Positions 1 through 9,606 of a DNA stretch of 56,639 nt are shown piece by piece. Positions within the stretch are counted from its first letter, which is position 1. Each line of letters starts with the position of its first letter. Location of the stretch: assembly GCA_029856435.1 (NCBI GenBank), contig JAHQXB010000176.1, forward strand, positions 1 to 56,639, given 5' to 3'. The position numbers and the translations under genes are program-made. The DNA comes from Candidatus Jordarchaeia archaeon (GTDB lineage: Archaea; Asgardarchaeota; Jordiarchaeia; Jordiarchaeales; Jordiarchaeaceae). A model generated the notes under the pieces. The model was not told the origin of the DNA and made no database searches. It saw nothing but the letters and a program-made list of their open reading frames with translations.

Positions 1-1
1 T

Positions 2-238
2 GTGCACTATGACAAGATGTGGTTTGATTTTCCAGACTGGGACAAAATCAAAGCCGGCCCTCCAGACGCTATTGCTGCTTATGAGAAGGAGAGGTACAAG
101 ATTGCCTGTTCTGATCCCAAGAGTAAGTACTGGAATCCTGGGCCGTCCGACTACTGGATACCAATGGAGCACTATCAAGCTTGGGTTGACGCCTGCAAAA
201 AGTATGGAGCGTATCCAAAGGGATGGGAGCAGCCCTAA
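2..238 (+). CDS. C-terminal fragment of a uroporphyrinogen decarboxylase/MtaA-family (UroD-like) protein, 5'-truncated by the window edge
   Basis: Ends IPMEHYQAWVDACKKYGAYP, matching the typical UroD/MtaA C-terminal helix (IP.EN..A.V.A.KKYG.Y); GPPDAIAAY resembles the G.PEEI segment. Confidence 0.55.
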   Translation: MHYDKMWFDFPDWDKIKAGPPDAIAAYEKERYKIACSDPKSKYWNPGPSDYWIPMEHYQAWVDACKKYGAYPKGWEQP

Positions 239-301
239 GACAAACTATTAACCATTTCTTTCAAATTTGGTAATTAGTATTTGGTTTGGAGGTAAAAAAT
301 T

Positions 302-694
302 TTGGCAACTGTAGAGGATTCAGACGCCTGTTTTCATTTTGGCGTTGAAAGAATTAAGAAGATTCATAAGGAAGGTCTGGGTGAGGGATGGGAACCTTTT
401 ACAGTGGTGATGTGGCTGGAAGACTTGAAACGAGGGTACTGGTACAAGTTTGAGAAAGACGGTATCCTTGAAGACGCAAAAATAGTGACTGGCGAACCGC
501 CTGAAGCCACAGCTGTTGTCTATATTTCAAGCGACGATTGGGTGGGACACCACACGAAAGAAGTGGATTTGGCTGAAAAATACTTTTCCGGCGCAATGAA
601 GGTTAAGGGCGACGTGGTGGTTTTACAACAGTATCAAACCTATGACTCTTATGAACCCTACTATCCTCCGGGACATCCTAAACACAAAAAATAA
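302..694 (+). CDS. SCP2 sterol/lipid-binding domain protein
   Basis: TTG start after GGAGGT; C-terminal YFSGAMKVKGD matches the SCP2 signature (f..GklKv.Gd); 130 aa. Confidence 0.7.
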   Translation: MATVEDSDACFHFGVERIKKIHKEGLGEGWEPFTVVMWLEDLKRGYWYKFEKDGILEDAKIVTGEPPEATAVVYISSDDWVGHHTKEVDLAEKYFSGAMKVKGDVVVLQQYQTYDSYEPYYPPGHPKHKK

Positions 695-876
695 TTGCAA
701 AGCCATGGAAATCTAGTAATCAAGGGATAAAAGATTTGGGTGTGAACAAAATTCCCCTCCACCCGTTCCACCCTCTTTTTTCCTTTCAACATATTTTTTG
801 ACACTTTTGTAATGTCAGCTGTTTCTAGGTTCCATTTTTTGTGAAATTATTTTCTAAATGTGCTAGATCTTTGGGG

Positions 877-2562
877 TTACACGGTTTGTGGTTTAAATTC
901 TCCAAACACTTCTCTTAAAACCTGGCATATTTCTCCCAGTGTGGCGTAGGCTTTAACTGCTTCTATGAGGGTGGGCATAAGATTACATTTTTCCTGCTTT
1001 GCCTCTTCTCGCAGCTTTTCAAGGAGGCTGTCCACCAGTTTATTGTCGCGTTCCTCTTTTACCTTTTTGATGTTGAAAATCGCCTCCTTTTCAATTTGGG
1101 GGTCTAATCTGTGTAGGGATAGATGAGGCTTTTCGCCGGTTTGAAACTTGTTAACTCCTACTATGATTCTTTCGCCCCTTTCCACTTCCTTCTGGTATTT
1201 GTAAGCCATTGAGGCTATTTCCTTCTGAACGTAACCCTTCTCTATGGCTTTCACCATTCCCCCCATTTCATCAATTTCCCTAATATAGTCCAGTGCCTGC
1301 TCTTCAAGTTTGTCTGTCAAAGTTTCTACAAAGTATGAGCCTCCAAGGGGATCTATGGTGTTGACGACACCGCTTTCGTAGGCTATTATCTGCTGGGTTC
1401 TTAAGGCTATTCTCACAGATTCCTCGGTGGGGAGAGCTAGGGCTTCATCCATGCTGTTTGTGTGTAGGGATTGGGTTCCGCCTAGAATGGCGGCTAATGC
1501 TTGGATTGCTACTCTTATTATGTTGTTTTCTGGCTGTTGGGCGGTTAGGGTTGAGCCCGCGGTTTGGGTGTGGAACCTTAGCTGCAGGGAGTTTTCCTCC
1601 CTAGCTTTAAATCTGTTCCTCATTATTTTGGCCCACATTCTTCGCGCAGCCCTAAATTTTGCTATTTCTTCGAAGAAGTCGTTGTGTGAACTGAAGAAGA
1701 ATGATAGTCTTCCTGCGAATTGGTCTATGTCTAATCCTCTCTCCAGGACCGCGTTTACATAGCATATTCCGTTGGCGAGGGTGAAGGCGATTTCTTGAAC
1801 CGCGTTGGCACCCGCCTCCCTTATATGGTATCCCGAAATGGATATGGGGTTCCATCGGGGCATATTCTTGGTGCAGTATTCTATTACGTCGGTAACCAGC
1901 CGCATAGAGGGCTTTGGTGGGAAAATGTATGTTCCTCGGGCAACGTATTCCTTGAGAATGTCATTTTGAACTGTTCCCGCAAGTTTTGAAATGTCAACCC
2001 CCTGTTTTTGGGCAACCGCAATGTACATGGCTAATATGATTGCTGTGGGAGCGTTGATAGTCATAGAGGTGCTAACCTTGTCCAGCGGTATCCCCTCAAA
2101 AAGAGTCTCCATATCTTTAAGGGTGTCAATTATTACCCCCACTCTTCCAACCTCTCCCCGAGCAAGTGGATGGTCTGAATCGTAGCCCATCTGTGTGGGA
2201 AGGTCAAATGCTACGCTAAGGCCCGTTTGTCCCTGCTCAATAAGGTACTTGAATCTCTTATTGGTTTCCTTAGCTGACGCAAAACCCGCGTATTGCCTCA
2301 TGGTCCAGAGTCTTCCCCTATACATGGTGGGGTAAACGCCCCTAGTGTAGGGATAGTCTCCCGGAAACCCCAATTCTTCAACATATTTTTTCCCGACTCT
2401 GTCCAGCGGAGTATAAAGTCTATTCAAAATTATTCCCGAGGCGGATTGGAATATTTTCTCCCGTTCAGGGTTTTTCTCTAAAAACCTTTTGAGCTTTTCT
2501 TCCTCCCATCTTTTAAGACCTTTTTCTATATCTTGCAATTCCTCGATGTTATCCTTAGCCAT
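877..2562 (-). CDS. mcmA: Methylmalonyl-CoA mutase, substrate-binding (large) subunit, archaeal split type
   Basis: [66 protein letters not shown]; no B12-binding domain; ATG at 2562 has GAGGT 7 nt upstream. Confidence 0.95.
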   Translation of the reverse strand: MAKDNIEELQDIEKGLKRWEEEKLKRFLEKNPEREKIFQSASGIILNRLYTPLDRVGKKYVEELGFPGDYPYTRGVYPTMYRGRLWTMRQYAGFASAKETNKRFKYLIEQGQTGLSVAFDLPTQMGYDSDHPLARGEVGRVGVIIDTLKDMETLFEGIPLDKVSTSMTINAPTAIILAMYIAVAQKQGVDISKLAGTVQNDILKEYVARGTYIFPPKPSMRLVTDVIEYCTKNMPRWNPISISGYHIREAGANAVQEIAFTLANGICYVNAVLERGLDIDQFAGRLSFFFSSHNDFFEEIAKFRAARRMWAKIMRNRFKAREENSLQLRFHTQTAGSTLTAQQPENNIIRVAIQALAAILGGTQSLHTNSMDEALALPTEESVRIALRTQQIIAYESGVVNTIDPLGGSYFVETLTDKLEEQALDYIREIDEMGGMVKAIEKGYVQKEIASMAYKYQKEVERGERIIVGVNKFQTGEKPHLSLHRLDPQIEKEAIFNIKKVKEERDNKLVDSLLEKLREEAKQEKCNLMPTLIEAVKAYATLGEICQVLREVFGEFKPQTV

Positions 2563-2579
2563 TTTCAAAACCTCTTATT

Positions 2580-2951
2580 CTAAATAGGCTCAAAAATGAT
2601 TCCCATGGATGGTTTTCCCTCTGAGTCTACTGATACTTGTCCATAGGTAGGTTTGACCTTCATTCCTATTTCCACCTTTTCCCTCTCGGAGATCTGTCCA
2701 AATATTCTCACACCATTGTCGAATTCCACTATGCCAAACACGTAGGGCGGTTCACCCTTAAGGGTTTCAGGGAGGGCGTACAGCTTTGTGAAGGTTACAA
2801 CTGTGCCCCTATCTAAGGGTTCAGGGTAAATGTCTTCCAATTCTGAGGCTCTACACTTAATACACCTAATTCTTCCCGGATACTGAATCCTACCACAACT
2901 TTTACATTTAACTCTCCGAAGCTCTTCCATCATTTTATCCTTATTCTCCAT
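2580..2951 (-). CDS. DUF35-family Zn-ribbon/OB-fold protein
   Basis: CKSCG..YPGRIRCIKC rubredoxin-like knuckle followed by OB fold (GTVVTFT, PYVFGIVEFDNGVRIFGQI); ATG 2951 with GGGTGA upstream. Confidence 0.9.
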   Translation of the reverse strand: MENKDKMMEELRRVKCKSCGRIQYPGRIRCIKCRASELEDIYPEPLDRGTVVTFTKLYALPETLKGEPPYVFGIVEFDNGVRIFGQISEREKVEIGMKVKPTYGQVSVDSEGKPSMGIIFEPI

Positions 2952-3191
2952 TTTACCAATCACCCATAAATAGACAGAGAAAACCAATAATTAGAGTTAG
3001 TCATCCACCAATATTAAACTATTTCAATCCTCTCAAAAATAACAAATCCAACTTAATGGACGTAAAAAGTTTCAGGAGCAGGAACTCAAAGCTTCAAAAA
3101 CCGAACCACACACCAATCGCATGAATCAAAAAAACATAGAATGCACCAGAGAATTTTTACGCCCAATAAAAAAGAAAAGGTTGTGGGTTCT

Positions 3192-4142
3192 CTAAATTAA
3201 ACCCACCTTTTTGAAAATGTCTATAAACTCTGAGCTTGGAGGGGCCTTCTTAATCAATTCTTTAAGTTTGGGGCCCAATTCCTCCGGCGTCCAAGTGCCA
3301 TTCTTCTTCGCTTCTCCCACATCATGCCAAGACTGTAGAAGGAAAACAGTACCTCCCACAAGTCTAATTACCCTGCCCGTAATGTCTTTTGCGTCGTCTG
3401 AGGCTAAATAAACTACCAGAGGAGCAAGGTTTTGGGGCCCCAGCGGGTCATACCCAAACTTTTTAATCATCTCCTCGGGAGTACTCATTATGGGCGCTAT
3501 AGAAGGAGTTGCTTCTGTGGTCAACCTTGTCCTAGCTACAGGAACCACAGTATTTGCGGTCACCCCGTACTTCGCCATTTCCTTAGCTACAATATTCGTG
3601 AAGGCTACGATTCCCGCTTTGGCAGCTCCATAGTTGCTCTGACCCGGATTATAGAGCAAACCAGCATCGGAAGCAGTGTTTATTATTCTTCCGGCTACGG
3701 GTTTTCCTTCTTTGGACTGGGCTCTCCAGTAGTTGCAGGCGTGTCTGGTGCAGTTGAAGGTGCCCTTGAGGTGAACCGCTATTACTGCATCAAAATCTTC
3801 TTCTTCCATGTTGAATATCATTTTGTCTCTGAGGATTCCCGCATTGTTAACCAGTATGTCCAATTTGCCAAAGGTGCTGATGGCCTGATCAATTATTCTT
3901 TTTGCTCCCTGAAAGTTGGCTACATTCTCATAGTTGGGAGCAGCTTCTCCTCCCATCTTCTTTATTTCATTTACTACCTCGTCGGCGGGTCCGTGGAACT
4001 CACCTTTTCCATCGTGGCTTCCGCCCATATCGTTAACAATTACCTTTGCCCCATACTTTGCAAGGAGTAAGGCTTCTTCACGGCCTAATCCTCTACCGGC
4101 ACCAGTTACTATAGCCACCTTACCTTCAAGCATCTTTGCCAT
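3192..4142 (-). CDS. SDR oxidoreductase, MFE-2/hydroxyacyl-CoA dehydrogenase-like (paralog 1)
   Basis: TGAGRGLG, VNDMGG, NNAGILRD, YGAAK (YxxxK); ATG 4142 with GGGGTGA upstream. Confidence 0.93.
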   Translation of the reverse strand: MAKMLEGKVAIVTGAGRGLGREEALLLAKYGAKVIVNDMGGSHDGKGEFHGPADEVVNEIKKMGGEAAPNYENVANFQGAKRIIDQAISTFGKLDILVNNAGILRDKMIFNMEEEDFDAVIAVHLKGTFNCTRHACNYWRAQSKEGKPVAGRIINTASDAGLLYNPGQSNYGAAKAGIVAFTNIVAKEMAKYGVTANTVVPVARTRLTTEATPSIAPIMSTPEEMIKKFGYDPLGPQNLAPLVVYLASDDAKDITGRVIRLVGGTVFLLQSWHDVGEAKKNGTWTPEELGPKLKELIKKAPPSSEFIDIFKKVGLI

Positions 4143-4274
4143 CTTCTCACCCCACAAAATGGCTGTCAATTAATCGTTTTAATAAACTCTTTCATAAGCC
4201 TTTCTGTAGCCATAAAATAAATTAATAATTAAACAGGTTATATCAACCCAGCTTGAATTAAGTGTTAGCTAGAT

Positions 4275-5081
4275 TTATTTTCTTGGACGATAGTCGAGAC
4301 TTCTCATGTTTGTTGGGTCTATTTTTTCTCTTATGAGGTTAATTTGGTTTATTGTAGGGGGTTCTGTCTCAGGAATCTTCTCCGGAATTAAGAGGGGGAA
4401 TCCCGTGTTCTCCTTTACTTCATCTAAAGAAATGCCCTTGTGTATAGATTCTAATCTCATTTTGCCACTTTTCTCGTCAAATCCCAATACGCAGAGGTCG
4501 GTGATTACTTTGCATGGGCCTCCCCCGCTAATTTTTAGGTTTTTTCTCCACTTGCCCTCATCTAAGTGTCCTGGACCCGTGATGAAGTCGACCTTTTCGA
4601 CGAAAACTCTGGGCTCATGTCTAGGTACATAAACAAGAAGCCTTCCACAAAGGTGTGCCACGTCACCTATCGCTACACCTCCTGGCAGTCGAACTTTAGG
4701 CTTAAAGTAGTCTCCCACCACGCTATTATTGATATTACCATACTGATCTATTTGACCCGGCCTTATGATTCCAAAGTCAATCTCTTCCCTCTGCCAGAGG
4801 TCGTGAAGGTCTGTTAACTTTATGAGAGCCTCAGCTTTAATGGTTCTAAAAGCAGCGGGGTCAGCCATCACCGCCATATAATTTGTGTAGGGATCAGGAT
4901 TAACCCACATCCCATAAATGCAGACCAGATTCGGCGCATGGGTTACGCGAGCAAGCTGAGTTGCCACTACCCCAATTGGGGTAGCCGCACCTAGATACAT
5001 TTTTTCTCCATCTCTCATCTCTCGAGCCAAACTCACAACCATTAGTTCGTCTATTCCATAATCTTTGGCGTATTCCGACAT
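4275..5081 (-). CDS. Class I CoA-transferase-fold beta subunit (GctB-like) lacking the catalytic Glu
   Basis: LARVTHAPNL, GQIDQYGNIN, RVFVEKVDFITGPG, VITDLCVLGFD, HKGISLDEVKENTGF; PNLVCIYG where active enzymes have P....ExG. Confidence 0.88.
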   Translation of the reverse strand: MSEYAKDYGIDELMVVSLAREMRDGEKMYLGAATPIGVVATQLARVTHAPNLVCIYGMWVNPDPYTNYMAVMADPAAFRTIKAEALIKLTDLHDLWQREEIDFGIIRPGQIDQYGNINNSVVGDYFKPKVRLPGGVAIGDVAHLCGRLLVYVPRHEPRVFVEKVDFITGPGHLDEGKWRKNLKISGGGPCKVITDLCVLGFDEKSGKMRLESIHKGISLDEVKENTGFPLLIPEKIPETEPPTINQINLIREKIDPTNMRSLDYRPRK

Positions 5082-5096
5082 TTTTCATCCTCCCTT

Positions 5097-5939
5097 TCAG
5101 CCCCTTTTTACCTTTTTCAGGTATTCCTCATGGCCTTCAACTGAGTAAATGTACTTATCCAAATACTCTTTGTAAGCTTCAGGTTTACTGGAAGCCATAG
5201 TGTATTCTGTAATGTGGGGCACATCCATAGTATACAGTGGCAGAAGACCGGTGGGATGAGCCCCGTAGGGAGCCTCCACTATGAGGTCAACTTCATATTT
5301 CGGTAGCATTAATCTGGCGTCTTTTCCTGGTTCTCCTTCTACCACCTTCTCCACGGTGACTATGGTTTTTTTAGCCGCTTGGGCGAATGCTACCAGTAAG
5401 TCGGTCATTATCTGGGATTCCACCGCGTAAATGTTTCCAAGGGAGTCACTCTGATAGGCGTGTATTAGCGCTACGTCAAGTTTGGTTGCTGGTACTGCTA
5501 CAGTTTTCTGGTTTGTTATGGGGCAGTCGAAAACTTTAAAGTCAGTATTAATTTTCAGCAGATCCGAACCTAAAAGTGACCTAGTGGGTAGGAAGCTCAC
5601 TCCCATAGCTGCGGCTCTGAGGCCCAACACAAAGGTTAGCTCACTGTACTCTTTGAAACTTATTTCACCACTCTCAACTTTGCTACGGAAGTTTGGAGCA
5701 AATCCCATCATGGGGAAACCAACGTAGGCCGCGCAAATTCTTTTAGAACAACCAGAGCCCACCAGCAGATCTACATCTATATCGCCCATAAGGGAATACA
5801 CAGTTAAATCTTGAATTTTTTGTTTTATGATTTCCCTTACGGCAGCCATAGGTTTATAGACCAGAGATGCACCAGCAATTCCTACAGTGTCTCCCTTTTT
5901 TATTTCACTTACTGCTTTCTGTAAACTCACAATCTTCAT
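5097..5939 (-). CDS. Class I CoA-transferase-fold alpha subunit (GctA/IpdA-like)
   Basis: KPMAAVREII, LRAAAMGVSFLP, DVALIHA..SDSLGN, VEAPYGAHPT; immediately upstream of the beta gene. Confidence 0.9.
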   Translation of the reverse strand: MKIVSLQKAVSEIKKGDTVGIAGASLVYKPMAAVREIIKQKIQDLTVYSLMGDIDVDLLVGSGCSKRICAAYVGFPMMGFAPNFRSKVESGEISFKEYSELTFVLGLRAAAMGVSFLPTRSLLGSDLLKINTDFKVFDCPITNQKTVAVPATKLDVALIHAYQSDSLGNIYAVESQIMTDLLVAFAQAAKKTIVTVEKVVEGEPGKDARLMLPKYEVDLIVEAPYGAHPTGLLPLYTMDVPHITEYTMASSKPEAYKEYLDKYIYSVEGHEEYLKKVKRG

Positions 5940-6493
5940 AATCCGAAACCTCCCTAACTCCTTGGTTAAAGATTAGCTTAAAAAGGCATAAACAAGTCCA
6001 CAGCACTCCTCGCCCAATTTTTTCCAAAAAACACATCATATTTAATACTTGAGAAATAGTTTATCCCTCTAATATTTTTATTGTTAAGGATGAAATTCTA
6101 CCAGAGTTCTAGGCCTCAATTTTCATTACGTATGGTAAATGTCACATGTGTACTCAAGCAATCTTATTTGTAGGAATATGTCTTCGTGGCGGGCTTGAGA
6201 AACCTATTTCACCACGGTTAAACACTAAGTGTAGGAAAGGGAGACCCTAGGGATTTTGGAAGTAGGTCCAAGATCAGGGCATGTAACCAAAAAAACCAGC
6301 AGCAAGGAACATTGTTTAACTAAGGATATAGATTATTCTTTCCCGTTTCTTCTAATGAGGCTTCATAATAACAAGAAGCAGGCTTAAACATTACCTTTTT
6401 TATAATTATGCATAGCCAGAACCACTAAATGTTTCTCCACTGGTGCACGCTTTTTCGGGTGATTTTATTTTTTCAATATATTTTATAAATAAA

Positions 6494-6537
6494 TTGAAAA
6501 TTTTTCAAATTAACAGTGTAAAATTGCAAAAAAATTC
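6494..6537 (+). repeat. AT-rich dispersed intergenic repeat, copy A
   Basis: TTGAAAATTTTTCAAATTAACAGTGTAAAATTGCAAAAAAATTC nearly identical to 36585-36627; inverted relative at about 39453-39520. Confidence 0.65.
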
Positions 6538-6880
6538 AAAATGCGAAAAAAGATATTTCATGCAGAAATTGCTAGAGAGTATCTCCGAATGGGCTTCAAG
6601 TTTCCTTCCAAATGTATTTTGGCCTCCACATTTATTCCCTCTTTTGCCAATAGGAGTCTTCAATAGGGCTTCTTTTCACATTAAAAACATACTTTTTTCA
6701 GAGAACATGGAAAACAAACACGCCCACACTCCAAAATACACTAAAAGCTTTTTAGGCACAAAATTAAATATGATGAGTTACGCAACACATAGTGAGTAAA
6801 ATTTTTATGAATTGAACCAACAATAAAATCCAAATTGGATATGAAGAGTTAATATTCTATTAAAGGGGTGTGGAGTTTAA

Positions 6881-7306
6881 ATGTCAGAAACAAAATCCGA
6901 GTTTGGAGATCTAAAGGAATTCTTGCCTGGAACATTGACTAAACCTTTGAATTCTCAGAGTTTACTAATTGGCTCTAAATGTAAAAACTGTGGAAAAATT
7001 TTCTTTCCGAAAAAGAAACTTTGTACAAATTGTTACACCTGGGACAAAATGGAGGAAACAACCCTGAGCAAAAGGGGAAAGATATTCTCCTGGACTGTTT
7101 CCAGTATGTATGGTCTCCCACCGATTCCCTTTGGATACGTCGACTTACCAGAAGGTATTAGGTTATTCACCCAATTTACAGAATGCGACCCCTGTGAGCA
7201 AAATCTGAAAATAGGAATGGAGGTAGAGATGGTGGTCCAAAAAATGAATGACCAATTCTTCACAAAGGAATTTGTGGGCTACAAATTTAGACCAGTAAAA
7301 AAATAG
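6881..7306 (+). CDS. DUF35-family Zn-ribbon/OB-fold protein (thiolase partner)
   Basis: CKNCG..FFPKKKLCTNC plus OB fold (GKIFSWT, GYVDLPEGIRLF); directly upstream of a thiolase. Confidence 0.92.
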   Translation: MSETKSEFGDLKEFLPGTLTKPLNSQSLLIGSKCKNCGKIFFPKKKLCTNCYTWDKMEETTLSKRGKIFSWTVSSMYGLPPIPFGYVDLPEGIRLFTQFTECDPCEQNLKIGMEVEMVVQKMNDQFFTKEFVGYKFRPVKK

Positions 7307-7321
7307 GGAGGGTAGAGAAAA

Positions 7322-8515
7322 GTGAGAAAGGTTGCTGTTGTTGGGGTAGGAATGACAAAGTTTGGAACCCTTTATGATCAGGATGTGAAGGAATTAACTG
7401 AGGAGGCAGTGTGGAACGCCCTTCAAGACGGGGGAGTTGACCCGAAAGACATACAAGTGGCATACTGTGGCAATGCGGTGCCTGGAGTGGTAAGTAGACA
7501 GGCGGGCATCACCGGCCAAATAGGTTTAATGAGTGTTGGAATAACTGGAATACCCATCACAACTGTTTCCAACGCTTGCTCCAGCAGCACATGCGCCTTC
7601 AGAGAAACCTACTTTGCCATAGCCACCGGCCTTTACGATGTTGGCCTCGCCTTCGGAGTCGAAAAAACAGTAATGAGGAAAGAAGAAGCAACTATGGCTA
7701 CGCTGGCCATAGGCTCCAAATTTCTAAGCTTGGGGGCAGACGGAGAGCTGGAAAACATATATGGTATATCCTTCCCGGGATTTTTTGCCAACGCAGCCCA
7801 GAGGCATATGCACCTTTACGGAACCACCCGAGAGCAGATGGCTAAAGTAGCCGTAAAAAATCATCACAATGCCACTATGAATCCCTATGCCCAATTCCAA
7901 AAGGAGATCACAATCGAAGATGTTTTTAAATCTCGCATGGTTGCTTATCCCCTAACTGTCTATGACTGCTGTCCATTGTCAGACGGAGCCTCAGCTGCAA
8001 TTCTAGTGGGTGAAGAGCTGGCGAAAAAGTACACCGACACCCCTATATGGATCAAAGGTACTGGCCAAGCCTCAGGCGTCTATTCCAATACTGAGGAAGA
8101 TTTGACTAGGTTTTTACCAACTATAATGGCTAGCAGAGAAGCCTATAAACAAGCTAAAATAGAGCCCAAAGATATTGATTTTGCTGAGGTTCACGACTGC
8201 TTCACCATCTCTGAAATCATTCACTACGAGGATCTCGGGTGGTGCAAGAAGGGAGAGGGAGGAAAAATGATAGAGGAGGGAATAACGGAGCTTGGAGGCA
8301 AACTGCCCGTGAATCCGGGAGGTGGACTGAAGGCACGGGGACACCCAGTAGCAGCCACGGGAACAGCGCAAATAGCTGAGTTAGTCTGGCAACTGAGGGG
8401 CGAAGCTGGAAAACGCCAAGTGGATGGAGCTGAAATTGGATTAGCGCATACTCTAGGGGGACTAACCCACGCAGACGTTGCAGTAAGCGCTGTAGTAATT
8501 CTGGGAAGAGAATAA
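7322..8515 (+). CDS. Thiolase, SCP-x/archaeal type, with intact catalytic Cys
   Basis: GMTKFG, NACSSS (nucleophile Cys), EVHDCF, GGLKARGHPVAATG; GTG start after GGAGGGT. Confidence 0.95.
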   Translation: MRKVAVVGVGMTKFGTLYDQDVKELTEEAVWNALQDGGVDPKDIQVAYCGNAVPGVVSRQAGITGQIGLMSVGITGIPITTVSNACSSSTCAFRETYFAIATGLYDVGLAFGVEKTVMRKEEATMATLAIGSKFLSLGADGELENIYGISFPGFFANAAQRHMHLYGTTREQMAKVAVKNHHNATMNPYAQFQKEITIEDVFKSRMVAYPLTVYDCCPLSDGASAAILVGEELAKKYTDTPIWIKGTGQASGVYSNTEEDLTRFLPTIMASREAYKQAKIEPKDIDFAEVHDCFTISEIIHYEDLGWCKKGEGGKMIEEGITELGGKLPVNPGGGLKARGHPVAATGTAQIAELVWQLRGEAGKRQVDGAEIGLAHTLGGLTHADVAVSAVVILGRE

Positions 8516-8571
8516 CGCATCATTCTCCATTTTTGAAATTAGGAATTTCCACAAATTGGGAGAGAGTGGTT

Positions 8572-9606
8572 ATGGTTGAATTAGAAGTGTTTGACAAAAC
8601 AATGTCTATGGAGGAAGCTGTTAAGAAATTTGTGAGAGATGGGGACTTATTGAGTATTGCTAGCACTGGCACTCCTTCCCCATACGCGGCGATTCATGAG
8701 ATTGTCAGACAAAAGAAAAGAAATTTGACTCTTCTACAGGCTGGTTCAGGACAAGAGACTGAGATACTTGTGTGGACCGGATGTGCGAAGAAATTTATAG
8801 CGTCTTATCAGGCGAGGGTAATGGCGGGTGAGAGGGCTTTTGACCGTGGTTTACGTAAGCACAAAGTGGAGGTGGAAGAATTTACAAATTACACGGTCAC
8901 AGCTATGCAGATGGCTGGGGCTTTAGGTCTACCCTGTTTTCCGGCTCCACTTTCTTTAGTGTGCACTGACATCTACCGCAAAAGAACGTTCATGGGTAAT
9001 AATAAGATAGTGGTTATGGATAATCCCTTCAAGGCTGGGGAGAAAATGGCCCTCATCCCCTCGATAGTAGCAGACGTCTCGGTAGTTCACGTTCAGAGAA
9101 TAGATAAGTATGGCAATGCTCAGGCTTGGGGTGGTCTTGCGTCCACTAAGTGGGGGGCGCTCTGCGGGAAAAAAATTATAGTTTCGGCTGAAGAAATGGT
9201 AGATCATGAAGTGGTGAAATTCAGTCCCAACTACACTATTATTCCCAGTTACAAAACAAGTGCAATTGTAATAGAGCCTTGGGGAGCCCATGCTACTGAC
9301 CTTACCGGTTACTATGATTTGGATATGCCATTTGGAATGCTTTATTATATGAGTTCCATTGGAGGGGATGAGAGCTTCCAAGCTTGGTTAGATGAATGGG
9401 TGTATGGCGTATCAAACCGTACAGAGTACTTGAGACACTATTCTGAAAAGTTTGGTCCCAAGGCTCTTGATAGACTTAGGGTGAAACATAGGCCGAGTTC
9501 TGAAGTGAATTATGGGGGAAGTTATCAGTCATACCGTGAAATGTTGGGCATCACTGATGAAATGATGGAAAAAAGCCCGGACTTGTTTGAGATAGAGGTG
9601 GAGTGA
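8572..9606 (+). CDS. Class I CoA-transferase alpha subunit (GctA-like) with C-terminal extension
   Basis: AAIHEIVRQ, MAGALGLPCFP, VHVQRIDKYGN, EPWGAHAT; start placed at ATG 8572. Confidence 0.9.
   Translation: MVELEVFDKTMSMEEAVKKFVRDGDLLSIASTGTPSPYAAIHEIVRQKKRNLTLLQAGSGQETEILVWTGCAKKFIASYQARVMAGERAFDRGLRKHKVEVEEFTNYTVTAMQMAGALGLPCFPAPLSLVCTDIYRKRTFMGNNKIVVMDNPFKAGEKMALIPSIVADVSVVHVQRIDKYGNAQAWGGLASTKWGALCGKKIIVSAEEMVDHEVVKFSPNYTIIPSYKTSAIVIEPWGAHATDLTGYYDLDMPFGMLYYMSSIGGDESFQAWLDEWVYGVSNRTEYLRHYSEKFGPKALDRLRVKHRPSSEVNYGGSYQSYREMLGITDEMMEKSPDLFEIEVE

Noticed and set aside
3432-4070. 212-aa plus-strand ORF and many similar antisense ORFs in the track
   Set aside because: They lie opposite well-supported genes and have no motifs; shadow ORFs
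6443-6799. 118-aa ORF in the divergent promoter region
   Set aside because: Runs through AT-rich repeat DNA and a possible eroded MITE; no RBS and no protein-like pattern
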